Positions 16,415 through 25,675 of a DNA stretch of 64,000 nt are shown piece by piece. Every line of letters starts with the position of its first letter. Within the stretch, counting starts at the first letter, position 1. Location: contig VGXN01000002.1 of NCBI GenBank assembly GCA_016873335.1, forward strand, positions 4,785 to 68,784. The letters run 5' to 3'. The DNA comes from Phycisphaerae bacterium (lineage in GTDB: Bacteria; Planctomycetota; Phycisphaerae; Phycisphaerales; SM1A02). A model generated the notes under the pieces. It was not told where the DNA came from. It made no database searches and saw nothing but the letters and a program-made list of their open reading frames with translations. Made by a program: the position numbers and the translations under genes.

Positions 16415-18357
16415 AGGTCACGATGGTTGGAACGGGTTACGTTGGCTTGGTCACGGGCGCGTGCTTCGCCGACATGGGCAACACGGTCACATGTCTCGAT
16501 GTGGATGCGTCCAAGATCGAAACGCTCAAGCGCGGCGAGAGTCCGATCTACGAACCTGGACTCGCTGAGATGATCCAGCGGAACGCCCACGCGCATCGCC
16601 TCCACTTCACGACGGACAAGTGGGAGGCGTACCGAGATGCGCGCATCATCTTCATCTGCGTTGGAACGCCAAGCAGCGATGATGGAAGCGCCGATCTGAA
16701 GTATGTGCTTCGAGTGGCAGAGGACATTGCTGATGCGATCGAGCGCGTCGGTTCGGGCGGCGAACCAAAGACGGTCGTTGTGAAGAGCACCGTGCCCGTT
16801 GGAACGAGCCACAAGGTGCGCGACGCGATCCGTGCGAAGACGAAGGTGCCCTTCCATATCGCGGACAACCCCGAGTTTCTGAAGGAAGGCGATGCCATCC
16901 ATGACTTCATGAAGCCCGACCGCGTGGTGTGCGGTGTCGACGATTCCAAAACGGGTGAACTGATGCGCACGCTGTACGACCCGTTTGTGCGCCAAGGCAA
17001 TCCGATCTTCGTGATGGATGTTCGCAGCGCAGAGATGGTGAAGTACGCAAGCAATGCGATGCTCGCCTGCAAGATCTCGTTCATCAATGAGATCGCAAAC
17101 TTGTGTGAGCGAACAGGTGCGGACATCAACTCTGTCCGTGAGGGCATGTGCTCAGACAAGCGCATCGGCAACCAGTTCCTCTACCCCGGTCTCGGCTATG
17201 GCGGCAGTTGCCTTCGTGGATCGCATCTTGTGCGTATCCGAGATGATCATGGCGAGAGCACGCTCCGACTTGACGAACTCTTTACCGGCGCGGGCGATGG
17301 CGTTCATCCGCTGCCTGGCATCGAGGTGCTCTCGTGGTCACCAACTGACCGACCCGCTGCGTTCCGCCCTGCCGAAGGAATCAGTCGGCGCGAGTACCGA
17401 GGGCGCGGCGTGGAGATAACGACTTCATGCGGCACCACGATCGTGATGACTGCGGACCACCCCGTTGTCGTGCTGCGCCGCGGCGCCGAACCACTGGTGT
17501 TCCCGGCAAGCGCCGTGTGTGTGGGCGATCAGTTGCCTCATGTGGCTGGAGCCACTGCAGGCATCTGGACTCGGGAAAGTGCTGATTCGGATGCCATTTC
17601 GGATGGCGGTTCAGGCATCCGCCGCTCTGGTGGTGCTGCCCTGTTGCTCCCCAGCACGGCCGCCCCCGCCCCCCACGGAGGCAGCATTTCGGCTGTTTCT
17701 GGAGGAATTGGCTCGGTAACCGTGGTTTCGGTCCACCAGGTCGATCTCGCAGAACCAGTCTTTTCCGTCGAAGTTCCGGGCGCGCATACCTTCGTGACCT
17801 GTGGCGGGGTGGTCGTTCACAACTGCTTCCCAAAGGACACCCAGGCGGTTGTATCGATGGGGCGCGAACTGGGATTCCCATGCAAACTGAATGCCGCGGT
17901 TCATGAAGTGAACCAAGATCAGCGCCAGCACTTCTGGTCCAAAGTGGAACAGGAGATTGGGTCGGATCTTCGCGGTAAGTCATTGGCATTCTGGGGGGTT
18001 GCGTTCAAGCCAAAGACCGATGACATACGCGAAGCACCGAGCCTGACCCTGATGCAGCGGGCGATCAAGGCGGGTGCAAAGGTGCGGGCGTATGACCCTG
18101 TGGCCCTCGAGCATCTTTCCCATGAGATGCCCGCCGTCAGCCGCGCGGAGGACATGTACAGCGCCCTCGATGGGGCGGAGGCGCTCATCATTTGTACCGA
18201 GTGGGCTGAGTTCCGCGCACCCGACTTCGCGGAGATCCGAAAGCGGCTTGCGCGCCCGATGATTTTTGATGGGCGAAACCTCTTCCGACGGTCGCAAATG
18301 CAGGAGGCGGGGTTTATCTACGCCTCCGTTGGACGCGCCACCGTGCGCCCAAAGTGA
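16411..18357 (+). CDS. ugd: UDP-glucose 6-dehydrogenase precursor containing a mini-intein
   Basis: aaggag lies upstream. The N-terminal Rossmann motif is [20 protein letters not shown]. The sequence ...DNPEFLKEG...KYASNAMLACKISFINEIANLCE...YPGLGYGGS is followed by the 205-aa insert, then CFPKD...FWGVAFKPKTDDIREAP...IFDGRN. Once the insert is removed, the 443-aa product is a full-length Ugd. Confidence 0.9.
   Translation: MKVTMVGTGYVGLVTGACFADMGNTVTCLDVDASKIETLKRGESPIYEPGLAEMIQRNAHAHRLHFTTDKWEAYRDARIIFICVGTPSSDDGSADLKYVLRVAEDIADAIERVGSGGEPKTVVVKSTVPVGTSHKVRDAIRAKTKVPFHIADNPEFLKEGDAIHDFMKPDRVVCGVDDSKTGELMRTLYDPFVRQGNPIFVMDVRSAEMVKYASNAMLACKISFINEIANLCERTGADINSVREGMCSDKRIGNQFLYPGLGYGGSCLRGSHLVRIRDDHGESTLRLDELFTGAGDGVHPLPGIEVLSWSPTDRPAAFRPAEGISRREYRGRGVEITTSCGTTIVMTADHPVVVLRRGAEPLVFPASAVCVGDQLPHVAGATAGIWTRESADSDAISDGGSGIRRSGGAALLLPSTAAPAPHGGSISAVSGGIGSVTVVSVHQVDLAEPVFSVEVPGAHTFVTCGGVVVHNCFPKDTQAVVSMGRELGFPCKLNAAVHEVNQDQRQHFWSKVEQEIGSDLRGKSLAFWGVAFKPKTDDIREAPSLTLMQRAIKAGAKVRAYDPVALEHLSHEMPAVSRAEDMYSALDGAEALIICTEWAEFRAPDFAEIRKRLARPMIFDGRNLFRRSQMQEAGFIYASVGRATVRPK
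17209..17823 (+). mobile_element. Mini-intein (205 aa, no visible homing-endonuclease domain) in ugd
   Basis: It starts with Cys (CLRGSHLVRI, block A). Block B is IVMTADHPVVV (TxxH). The centre is a Gly/Ser/Ala-rich linker. Blocks F/G are VFSVEVPGAHTFVTCGGVVVHN, ending in His-Asn, and the next residue is Cys (+1) of CFPKD. Confidence 0.85.
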
Positions 18358-18529
18358 TCCCCAAACGCTCACCGACCGATCTGAAACATCGGAAAATCAT
18401 GCACTTTTTGGTCTGCGCGCCTTGCGGCGAGGTGGCCAAATGGTCTACATTCCCCCCCGTCGCACGCTGTGCGGCTGGGAGCGAGACCAGTTTCTCGGCA
18501 ACGATTGTCTTAGAAAGGACAGTGCAAAG

Positions 18530-18922
18530 ATGGCAACAATGACCAAGAAGTCGCCCAAGAAGTGGGCGTCAAAGACCACGAAGACCACGAAGAAGACCTT
18601 CAAGCCCACGACCACGACCAAGCAGCGTTCGCGCAGCCAGGTCATCGGTGAACTCGCCGCAGCGAGCGAACTGAAGCGTGGCACCGTGAAGGAGATCTTC
18701 GAAAACCTCACGACGATCATCGGCACCGATCTCGGCAGCCGTGGTCCTGGCGTGTTCTCCTTCTTCGGTCTTGCGAAGTTCAAGACCGTGAAGAAGCCCG
18801 CCACCAAGGAGCGAACCGGCGTGAACCCATTCACGGGTGAGACGCAGGTGTTCAAGGCGAAGCCAGCGAGCAAGAAGGTCCGCATCCGCTCGACCAAGAC
18901 GCTCAACGCCCTCGTCAGCTGA
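18530..18922 (+). CDS. HU/IHF-family DNA-binding protein with Lys/Thr-rich N-terminal extension
   Basis: The core ...RSQVIGELAAASELKRGTVKEIFENLTTIIGTDL...GVFSFFGLAKFKTVKKPATKERTGVNPFTGETQVFKAKPASKKVRIRSTKTLNALV fits the HU fold pattern (R.GRNP.TGE.i.i.a). It is preceded by MATMTKKSPKKWASKTTKTTKKTFKPTTTTKQ. Confidence 0.75.
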   Translation: MATMTKKSPKKWASKTTKTTKKTFKPTTTTKQRSRSQVIGELAAASELKRGTVKEIFENLTTIIGTDLGSRGPGVFSFFGLAKFKTVKKPATKERTGVNPFTGETQVFKAKPASKKVRIRSTKTLNALVS

Positions 18923-19002
18923 TTTTTAGAAGATCCCTTCGAAGACATCTCCGCGACGCGCTGCGTGCAGCGACGAAGCGGCTGTTTGAGAATGCGACAA
19001 TC

Positions 19003-19041
19003 GCGCGCCCCTGCAGTGTTTGCAGGGGCGCGCTTCTTTTT
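19003..19041 (+). terminator. Rho-independent terminator after the HU-like gene
   Basis: A perfect 13-bp stem (gcgcgcccctgca / tgcaggggcgcgc) with loop gtgtt is followed by ttcttttt. Confidence 0.8.
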
Positions 19042-19093
19042 GCGCCCGACATCGTGCCGACAGCGAATCGCGCAGGCGAAGTGTGCGTTGTTC

Positions 19094-20011
19094 CTAGGCG
19101 CTTGCGCCGAGCGCCGTGCGCAGCACACCATCCACCTTCGCAAGCCGCGCGACCGCTTCGTCGCGGGAAAGCCCGCGAACATGCATGAGTATCGCGACTT
19201 TCAACCGCCCCCCCGCCGCACCAAGCAGCGCTGATGCGTCTTCCCGCGCGAGCCCAGAATCGATCATGCGCAGCGTGCGGATGGCACGGTCGACAAGCTT
19301 GTCGTTGGTCGCAGCAACATCCACCATCAGGTTGCCATGCACTTTCCCAAGGCGCGTGAACACCACCGTACTGATGCAGTTCAGCGCGAGTTTCGTGGCG
19401 GAACCGGCCTTCAGCCGCGTGGAGCCTGTCAGCACCTCGGGTCCCGTGGCAAGCATGATGAGGTGATCACACGCGACGGTTCGTGCAAGCGGCGAACACA
19501 CGATGAACGCGGTCAGGCCACCGCGTGAACGCGCCTGTTCGATCGCCCCGATGGCGTAAGGCGTCGTCCCACCCGCAGCGATTGCCACGAGCGCATCTCC
19601 CTTGCCGAAGGCGTGCGCATCGAGTTCAGATTGAATCCCCTCCGGATCGTCTTCGCGCCGCTCGCTGCTGCGCCGAAGCGCCGCATCACCACCTGCGATG
19701 ATGCCGATCACCTGCGATGGATCGCTGCAGAATGTCGGCGGACACTCGGCAGCATCGAGCACGCCCAGTCGCCCCGACGTGCCCGCGCCGCAGTAGAAGA
19801 GCCGACCGCCAGCGCGCATGCGCGGGACGAGTGCGTCGATGAATGCCGCGATCGCTGGCGAGGCATCATGCACGCTTCGGTGAACCGCTGCGTGATCATC
19901 CGCCATGAGTTGCACTTGTTCCAGCGTCGTTCGGAGATCGAAGTCCTCACTGCGGCTGTTGCGCTGCTCCGTCGCAACATGACCGCGGTCAGGCGGGAGT
20001 TCGGGGGTCAT
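19094..20011 (-). CDS. murQ: N-acetylmuramic acid 6-phosphate etherase
   Basis: It is a SIS-domain protein with GGRLFYCGAGTSGRLGVLDAAECPPTF and TGSTRLKAGSATKLALN, the MurQ signature. ATGA overlaps the upstream peptidase gene. Confidence 0.85.
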   Translation of the reverse strand: MTPELPPDRGHVATEQRNSRSEDFDLRTTLEQVQLMADDHAAVHRSVHDASPAIAAFIDALVPRMRAGGRLFYCGAGTSGRLGVLDAAECPPTFCSDPSQVIGIIAGGDAALRRSSERREDDPEGIQSELDAHAFGKGDALVAIAAGGTTPYAIGAIEQARSRGGLTAFIVCSPLARTVACDHLIMLATGPEVLTGSTRLKAGSATKLALNCISTVVFTRLGKVHGNLMVDVAATNDKLVDRAIRTLRMIDSGLAREDASALLGAAGGRLKVAILMHVRGLSRDEAVARLAKVDGVLRTALGASA

Positions 20012-22215
20012 GGCGCGCCGCCTCCATCGTCATCGTCGGCTGTGCCACTTCCATCGCTTCCGTCCTTCGTGCCACCGCGCTCACCGCCCGCGGCGCTCGG
20101 CAGCGGCAGCGGCACAGCGTTCAACTCGCGAACGAAGAATGACCAAGTCGCCGAACGCTCGGCGCCGCCGAAACCGCCGTGACCAGCGCGCGGAAACAGC
20201 AGCATGTCAAAGGGGAAATCGCGGTCCAACAACTTCTGCGACAGTGCCCACGCATTCGAAGGGTGGACATTGTCATCCTGCATGCCGTGAATCAGCAGCA
20301 GCCGACCGCGCAGTTTGTCCGCATGCACGACCGCGCTGCCCGCGTCGTACCCCTCGCGGTTTTCCGCGGGTGTCCGCATGAAGCGCTCGGTGTAGATCGA
20401 GTCGTACTGCCGCCAGTCCACAGGCGCAGCGCGCGCGACGGACACGCTGAACACTTCAGGATGGCGCACCAGCGCGAGCGCAGCCATGTAGCCGCCGTAC
20501 GACATGCCAGTGATGCCGATGCGCTTGGGGTCGATCCCAGGTCGCTGCGCCACCTGCCGCGCGGCGGCAGCCTGATCGTCGAGATCGGGACCGCCGAGCT
20601 TCAGATAGGTCGCGTCCTCAAACGCCTTGCCGCGCCCAGGTGTGCCTCGGTTGTCCACCTGCAGCACTGCGAAGCCGAGTTCGCACTCCTCGCGCGGTTC
20701 GCCGAAACGGTTGAACACCGTCGCGAAGTAGGGACCGCCATAGACATCGACCACGAGCGGGATGGGGCGTTCCGGTGAGAAACCGCTCGGCAGGTGGAGG
20801 ATGCCGTAGAGATCCGTCACGCCATCGGCAGCCTTCAGGGTCAGCAGTTCAGGTGGACGAACGCCCGACTTCGCCCATGGATCATCCGCCTCATCTTGGA
20901 GTGCGATTGTGCGGCTGCCATCCATCGCATGCAGCCTCGCCAGCGGCGGACGCACGAGCGTCTCTTCGGTTGCCACGAACCACGCGCCATCTGGTGAGAC
21001 GTCAAATCGTGAGTAGTGGAGATCACTCGGTGTCAGGCGCCGCTGCCCAGTGCCGTCGAGTCCGACACGCATCAGTTGGGGGTTGATCCGCGTCTCGCTC
21101 GCAAGCGCGGTGTACAGCAGAACGCCCGTCTTCTCATCGACCTGCACGATGCGCCCCGCGGGGAATGTCCCGCTTGTCAGTGGCACCACTCGTCCATCAT
21201 CGAGTGAACGCAACTCGTACTGCTTGAAGCCCGAAGCTTCGGAGGCCCAGATGAAACGCCTGCCGTCGGCGAGGAATCGCAGTTCGGGATCGTGATGATT
21301 CCAACGCGGCTGCATCTCGCGCACCACCGTTCGCACCTGCAGCGACTTCGCATCGGCTGCGCACCATTCGAGCACATCGTGCCTCCGGTTGAGGCGATGA
21401 AAGAGCAGTTCGCGCCCCGATGGCGACCACTCGATTCCGTAGATGTACTGATCCGCACTCCCGACATCGATCGTGCGTATGTGCGCCGCAGGATCGCCCT
21501 TCGGATCGGCGCAGAAAGCGGCCACATCGAGAACTTGCAGACCCGCGATTGGATTGGGATCACCTGGTTTCGGATAGCGCTCCGTTTCCACCTTCGGGCG
21601 CAGCCCCGTGAGCCCTGACAACAGCGTGTAGTCAGGGACTTTGCTGTCATCGAAGCGGTAGAACGCGAGCTGCGAACCGTCAGGGCTCCACCACATGCCC
21701 GTCGTCTGATCGAGTTCCTCGCCGTACACCCAGCTCGCCGTGCCGTAGCGGAGACCGCCGCCACCATCCGTCGTGACCGCGCGTGAATCCGCGTCCACGC
21801 AGGACACGGAGACATTGCCCCGCTTTGACTCGGCGCGCATCGAACCATCCGCCGAAGTGGACACGGGCTGCTGCCGCCCGCGCGCCGGTGGCATCGCACG
21901 CCGCGGCGCACGATCGCTGCGCGGCACACGGTCCGGCGGCTGCGCATCCTCTGCGGCGTCGGTGACGGTTCCTGCCCCAAGATCCACGATGCGCCACTTT
22001 CCTCCGCTCAGCACCCACGCCTTGCCTTGCGCCACATCCCACCGCACCTCGCGGAACCCTTGCCGACGTTCCTTCGAGAATGCGGCGGATTGCCGAACGC
22101 CCTGCGCCGCGCCCGGGAGTTCATCAAACGGAACCCAATCCGCATGCGCGCTGTGCGCGGCGGCGAGCACCGTCCACAGCAGAACCGCACGCAGGCTGGG
22201 AGCGCGAGTCGCCAT
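20008..22215 (-). CDS. Secreted S9-family serine peptidase (dipeptidyl-peptidase IV-like)
   Basis: It has a signal peptide (MATRAPSLRAVLLWTVLAAAHSAHA) and a beta-propeller-like N-terminal region (…WSPDGSQLAFYRFD…). The C-terminal hydrolase has the nucleophile motif GITGMSYGGYMA plus later D and H (…HGMQDDNVH…, …FPRAGHG). Confidence 0.8.
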   Translation of the reverse strand: MATRAPSLRAVLLWTVLAAAHSAHADWVPFDELPGAAQGVRQSAAFSKERRQGFREVRWDVAQGKAWVLSGGKWRIVDLGAGTVTDAAEDAQPPDRVPRSDRAPRRAMPPARGRQQPVSTSADGSMRAESKRGNVSVSCVDADSRAVTTDGGGGLRYGTASWVYGEELDQTTGMWWSPDGSQLAFYRFDDSKVPDYTLLSGLTGLRPKVETERYPKPGDPNPIAGLQVLDVAAFCADPKGDPAAHIRTIDVGSADQYIYGIEWSPSGRELLFHRLNRRHDVLEWCAADAKSLQVRTVVREMQPRWNHHDPELRFLADGRRFIWASEASGFKQYELRSLDDGRVVPLTSGTFPAGRIVQVDEKTGVLLYTALASETRINPQLMRVGLDGTGQRRLTPSDLHYSRFDVSPDGAWFVATEETLVRPPLARLHAMDGSRTIALQDEADDPWAKSGVRPPELLTLKAADGVTDLYGILHLPSGFSPERPIPLVVDVYGGPYFATVFNRFGEPREECELGFAVLQVDNRGTPGRGKAFEDATYLKLGGPDLDDQAAAARQVAQRPGIDPKRIGITGMSYGGYMAALALVRHPEVFSVSVARAAPVDWRQYDSIYTERFMRTPAENREGYDAGSAVVHADKLRGRLLLIHGMQDDNVHPSNAWALSQKLLDRDFPFDMLLFPRAGHGGFGGAERSATWSFFVRELNAVPLPLPSAAGGERGGTKDGSDGSGTADDDDGGGAP

Positions 22216-23129
22216 CAGCCGATCCGCACACTCCGTTGGAACTCCTCAAACCGCTTCTGCACTTCAGCCGGCTGAAGCGAACGCATCCGATCGAGACCGA
22301 AGGACTCGAGCGCGAAGCTGGCGACGACCGTTCCATATCCCATGGCGGACTGCAGCGTGGCGAAGTCGGTTGACCCCTTGCGCGCGATATGCGCCATGAA
22401 GCCGCCGGCAAAACTGTCGCCCGCACCCGTGGGATCAACCACATGCGCCTCATCCACAGGGAACGCCGGCACGAGTGCCAGACCTTGCGGGTGAAAGAGA
22501 ATCGCGCCGTGCTCGCCCTTCTTCACAACGGCGAACTTCGGCCCCATCTCGAGGATGCGGCGCCCAGCGCTGACGGCGTTCCGGAAACCCGTCAGTTCCG
22601 CCGCCTCGCTGTCGTTCACAATGACGCCGTCCACGCGCCGCAGCAACTGCTCGAGATCGCCGCGCGCGGATCGAATCCACAAGTCCATCGTGTCGGCGAC
22701 CACCAACTTCTTCTTCGGGAACTGATCGAGGAAGCCGAGTTGCACACCGGGGTGCGTGTTGCCAAGAAACACGAAGGTGCTGTCGCGAAACGCCTCCGGC
22801 ACTCGCGGCGGCGCTTCCTGCAGCACGCCAACTTCGGTGAAGAGCGTTTCGCGGCGATTGACATCGTTGAAGTAGCGACCGCCCCAGGCAAAGGTGCGCG
22901 AGCCGGGGCGCGTCTCGAGCCCGTCGAGACAGATGCCACCCAACTCGCTCATGATGCGGCGGTGTTCTTCCGGCCAATCGCCTCCCACCACGGCAACAAC
23001 GCGCACGGGCGTCAGACGGCTTGCGGCCGCGGCGAAGTATGCAGCGCTCCCGCCCGAGACGCCCTCTCGGCGTTCTCGCGGCGTGTGCACAGTGTCAATC
23101 CCGATTGTGCCAGTGACGACAAGACTCAC
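22215..23129 (-). CDS. PfkB-family carbohydrate kinase
   Basis: …LVVTGTIGIDTV… is followed by the C-terminal motif VVDPTGAGDSFAGGFMAHIA (the PfkB DTxGAGD signature). The start is a GTG that overlaps the upstream stop (GTGA at 23126-23129). The upstream part of the 466-aa track ORF is Arg-rich shadow. Confidence 0.8.
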   Translation of the reverse strand: MSLVVTGTIGIDTVHTPRERREGVSGGSAAYFAAAASRLTPVRVVAVVGGDWPEEHRRIMSELGGICLDGLETRPGSRTFAWGGRYFNDVNRRETLFTEVGVLQEAPPRVPEAFRDSTFVFLGNTHPGVQLGFLDQFPKKKLVVADTMDLWIRSARGDLEQLLRRVDGVIVNDSEAAELTGFRNAVSAGRRILEMGPKFAVVKKGEHGAILFHPQGLALVPAFPVDEAHVVDPTGAGDSFAGGFMAHIARKGSTDFATLQSAMGYGTVVASFALESFGLDRMRSLQPAEVQKRFEEFQRSVRIG

Positions 23130-23992
23130 GAGGTCATCGTATCGCTGCGCTTGAAGCTGCGTGCCCAACCGATGCCGATGGCGACACCGATCAGCGCGCC
23201 CGCCGTGACATCGAGCGGCATCATGCGTGCAAGCGGCGACAGCGATCCCACGGCGAACTGCGCATCGATCTGCGCGCGAACTTCGCTCGCTGTGATGATC
23301 TGCGCCGCACCCGTCAGCAGGATCGGTGCGATGAACGCGAACACAGGCTGCGCGGCACCCGCCACGAGTCGGAAGACGAGGCCGACCGCGATGCCTCCAA
23401 GAAACGCGCCACCGATCGCCTGACCTTTCATCATGGTGCGCACCACAAACCACGCAACCAGCGGCAGCAGCACTCCTGCGACACCACCTCGGAGCGCTTC
23501 CACATCGAAGTGTTCGCGCCAGAACGGAGCGCTTGGATCGCGGGGAGGGATATCGAGCAGCGGTCCGGACCAGCGGAACACCGTCACTGCGGCAATCGCT
23601 GTGACGACCCCCCACAGCAGCGTTTCCACTCCGAGGACTCGCAGCGATGCGCCCGTGAAAACCGCATCCGATGCGCTGCCGCCTGCCATGCTGAACACCA
23701 TCAAGCCCCAGCCAAGCACGAAGAGTCCGACAACGGCATTGACGGAACGCCCCACCGCTGCGGCAAGCACGGTCAGTGCGGCGTACGTGCCGAGCATCAC
23801 CGCTGCCGTCGCCACAGGCGACTGCGAGAGCACCACGGTCGTTGCAGGAATGCCCAGTCCATCACGTGTCAGCGACGGTGCGACGCACCCCACGACGGTC
23901 GCGGCGAGCAGACCGCCCGCGAGAAGAGCCCCACGCGCGACGACGCGTTCGCTCCCCGCGCGCGGATCGGCTTTCGGCAGGGAGGCGTTCAT
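23126..23992 (-). CDS. Hypothetical polytopic membrane protein
   Basis: There are multiple hydrophobic helices (…GALLAGGLLAATVVGCV…, …VVGLFVLGWGLMVFSM…, …LLWGVVTAIAAVTVF…, …IAPILLTGAAQII…). The start was set at MNASLPKA. The longer track ORF would overlap hutH on the opposite strand. Confidence 0.55.
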   Translation of the reverse strand: MNASLPKADPRAGSERVVARGALLAGGLLAATVVGCVAPSLTRDGLGIPATTVVLSQSPVATAAVMLGTYAALTVLAAAVGRSVNAVVGLFVLGWGLMVFSMAGGSASDAVFTGASLRVLGVETLLWGVVTAIAAVTVFRWSGPLLDIPPRDPSAPFWREHFDVEALRGGVAGVLLPLVAWFVVRTMMKGQAIGGAFLGGIAVGLVFRLVAGAAQPVFAFIAPILLTGAAQIITASEVRAQIDAQFAVGSLSPLARMMPLDVTAGALIGVAIGIGWARSFKRSDTMTS

Positions 23993-24109
23993 GTGCGTGC
24001 TCACGCTGCAGGTGTATCGCATCCCGCGGCAGTGCGCAACGCACCCGCGCTGCGCTTCTGCGCGCCGCCCCCCTCGCAGGGGTATTCTCGGCGCGTGCCC
24101 AGTGCGCTC

Positions 24110-25642
24110 ATGAGCGTGAATGTCGATGGTCGACCGCTGACGCTCCTTGAGGTGCGCGCGGTGGCGGATGGCAGTCCTGTGCAACTCTCGCCCGCGGCGA
24201 AGGAGCGGATGCAGGCGTCGCGTCGTGCGATGCTCGCGCAAGTCGCCACGGGTGGCGCGTTCTATGGCATCAATACGGGGTTTGGCAGCTTTGCGCAGGT
24301 GCGGCTCAGTGCCGAGCAACTCCGCCAGGTCCAAACCAATCTGATCCGATCGCATGCGAGCGGTGTGGGCGAGCTGCTGCCGACGGAGTGCGTTCGCGCC
24401 ACGATGCTCGTGCTCGCCGCGAGCCTCGCGCGCGGACATTCGGGCGTTCGCGCGGAGGTGGTCGAGCGCATCGTTGCGCTGCTCAACGCGGGCATCACCC
24501 CTTGCATCCCTTCGCGCGGATCGGTTGGCGCATCAGGCGATCTCGCGCCGCTCGCGCATTTGGCGCTCGCGCTGCTCGGCGAAGGGCATGTGTCCGTGCG
24601 TGGTGGCGCATTGGATGCGAAGAGCGCGCTGCGCGCAGCGGGCATCGAGCCGCTCGAACTCGATGCCAAGGAAGGGCTCGCGCTCATCAACGGAACGCAC
24701 ATGATGGCCGGGATCGGTGCACTCGCTGCACATGGTGCCCTGCACTTGATGCATGCCGCAGTCTGTGCGAACGCGATGGCGATCGATGCCTGTCGCGCCT
24801 CCGCGGCACCGCTCGATCAGCGCATCCATGCAGCGCGGAACCAACATGGGCAGTCGCGCATCGCCGCGGCGCTCTCATCGCTGCTCGATGGATCCACGAT
24901 CGGTCCCTCGCATGCGAACAGCGATCCGCGCGTGCAGGATCCCTACTCGCTTCGCGCATCACCCCAGGTACTCGGCGCCGTCCTCGATGCCGTGCTCCAC
25001 GCCACGGGCGTGATCGAGGCGGAACTCGGTGCGGTCACGGACAACCCGCTCGTGTTCACCGATGGCGGCGAGTGTGCGATCCTGTCCGGCGCGAACTTCC
25101 ACGGCATGCCGCTGGCCATCTCGCTCGACGTCCTGCGCATCGCGCTCTGTCATTTGGCCGGCATCGCCGAGCGCCGCATCTACTGGGCGTTGTCGGGGCA
25201 TGACCGCGAGAGCCACCTGCCCCCGCACCTCGCGGCGGACGGTGGGTTGCAGAGCGGCTTCATGGTGGTGCAGTATGCGGCCGCCGCATGCTGCAACGAA
25301 CTGCGCACGCTTGCCTATCCATCGAGTGTTGGAAACATCTCCACCTGCGCGGGAATCGAGGATTACAACAGCATGGGAGCCACAAGCGCGCTTCACGCCG
25401 CCGATGCGCTTCGGCTTGCGCGCGACGTGATCGCGTGCGAACTGCTGGTGATGGGTCAGTCGCTCGAACACCAGCGTCCGCTCACCAGCGGTCGCGGTGT
25501 CGAGCGCGCACATGCGATCGTCCGCGAGTGCGCCGCGCCGCTCACCGTGGACCGTCCGCCGGCACCCGATATCGCCGCGATTTCAGCGCGCATCGCAGCG
25601 GGCGCCTTCCGCGTGCCCGCGCTCGACTTGCCTGGGGTATGA
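24110..25642 (+). CDS. hutH: Histidine ammonia-lyase
   Basis: MSVNVDGRPLTLLEV...YGINTGFGSFA...LIRSHA...GSVGASGDLAPLAH contains the MIO-forming ASG triad. The upstream 200 codons of the track ORF were rejected. Confidence 0.9.
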   Translation: MSVNVDGRPLTLLEVRAVADGSPVQLSPAAKERMQASRRAMLAQVATGGAFYGINTGFGSFAQVRLSAEQLRQVQTNLIRSHASGVGELLPTECVRATMLVLAASLARGHSGVRAEVVERIVALLNAGITPCIPSRGSVGASGDLAPLAHLALALLGEGHVSVRGGALDAKSALRAAGIEPLELDAKEGLALINGTHMMAGIGALAAHGALHLMHAAVCANAMAIDACRASAAPLDQRIHAARNQHGQSRIAAALSSLLDGSTIGPSHANSDPRVQDPYSLRASPQVLGAVLDAVLHATGVIEAELGAVTDNPLVFTDGGECAILSGANFHGMPLAISLDVLRIALCHLAGIAERRIYWALSGHDRESHLPPHLAADGGLQSGFMVVQYAAAACCNELRTLAYPSSVGNISTCAGIEDYNSMGATSALHAADALRLARDVIACELLVMGQSLEHQRPLTSGRGVERAHAIVRECAAPLTVDRPPAPDIAAISARIAAGAFRVPALDLPGV

Positions 25643-25675
25643 GTTCGGCGAGCGGATCGACCTACACTCATCGGC

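Noticed and set aside
23510-24109. A 200-codon N-terminal extension of the hutH track ORF (710 aa).
   Set aside because: The extension is His/Arg/Cys-rich and overlaps the minus-strand membrane-protein gene. Histidine ammonia-lyase homology begins at MSVNVDG (24110).
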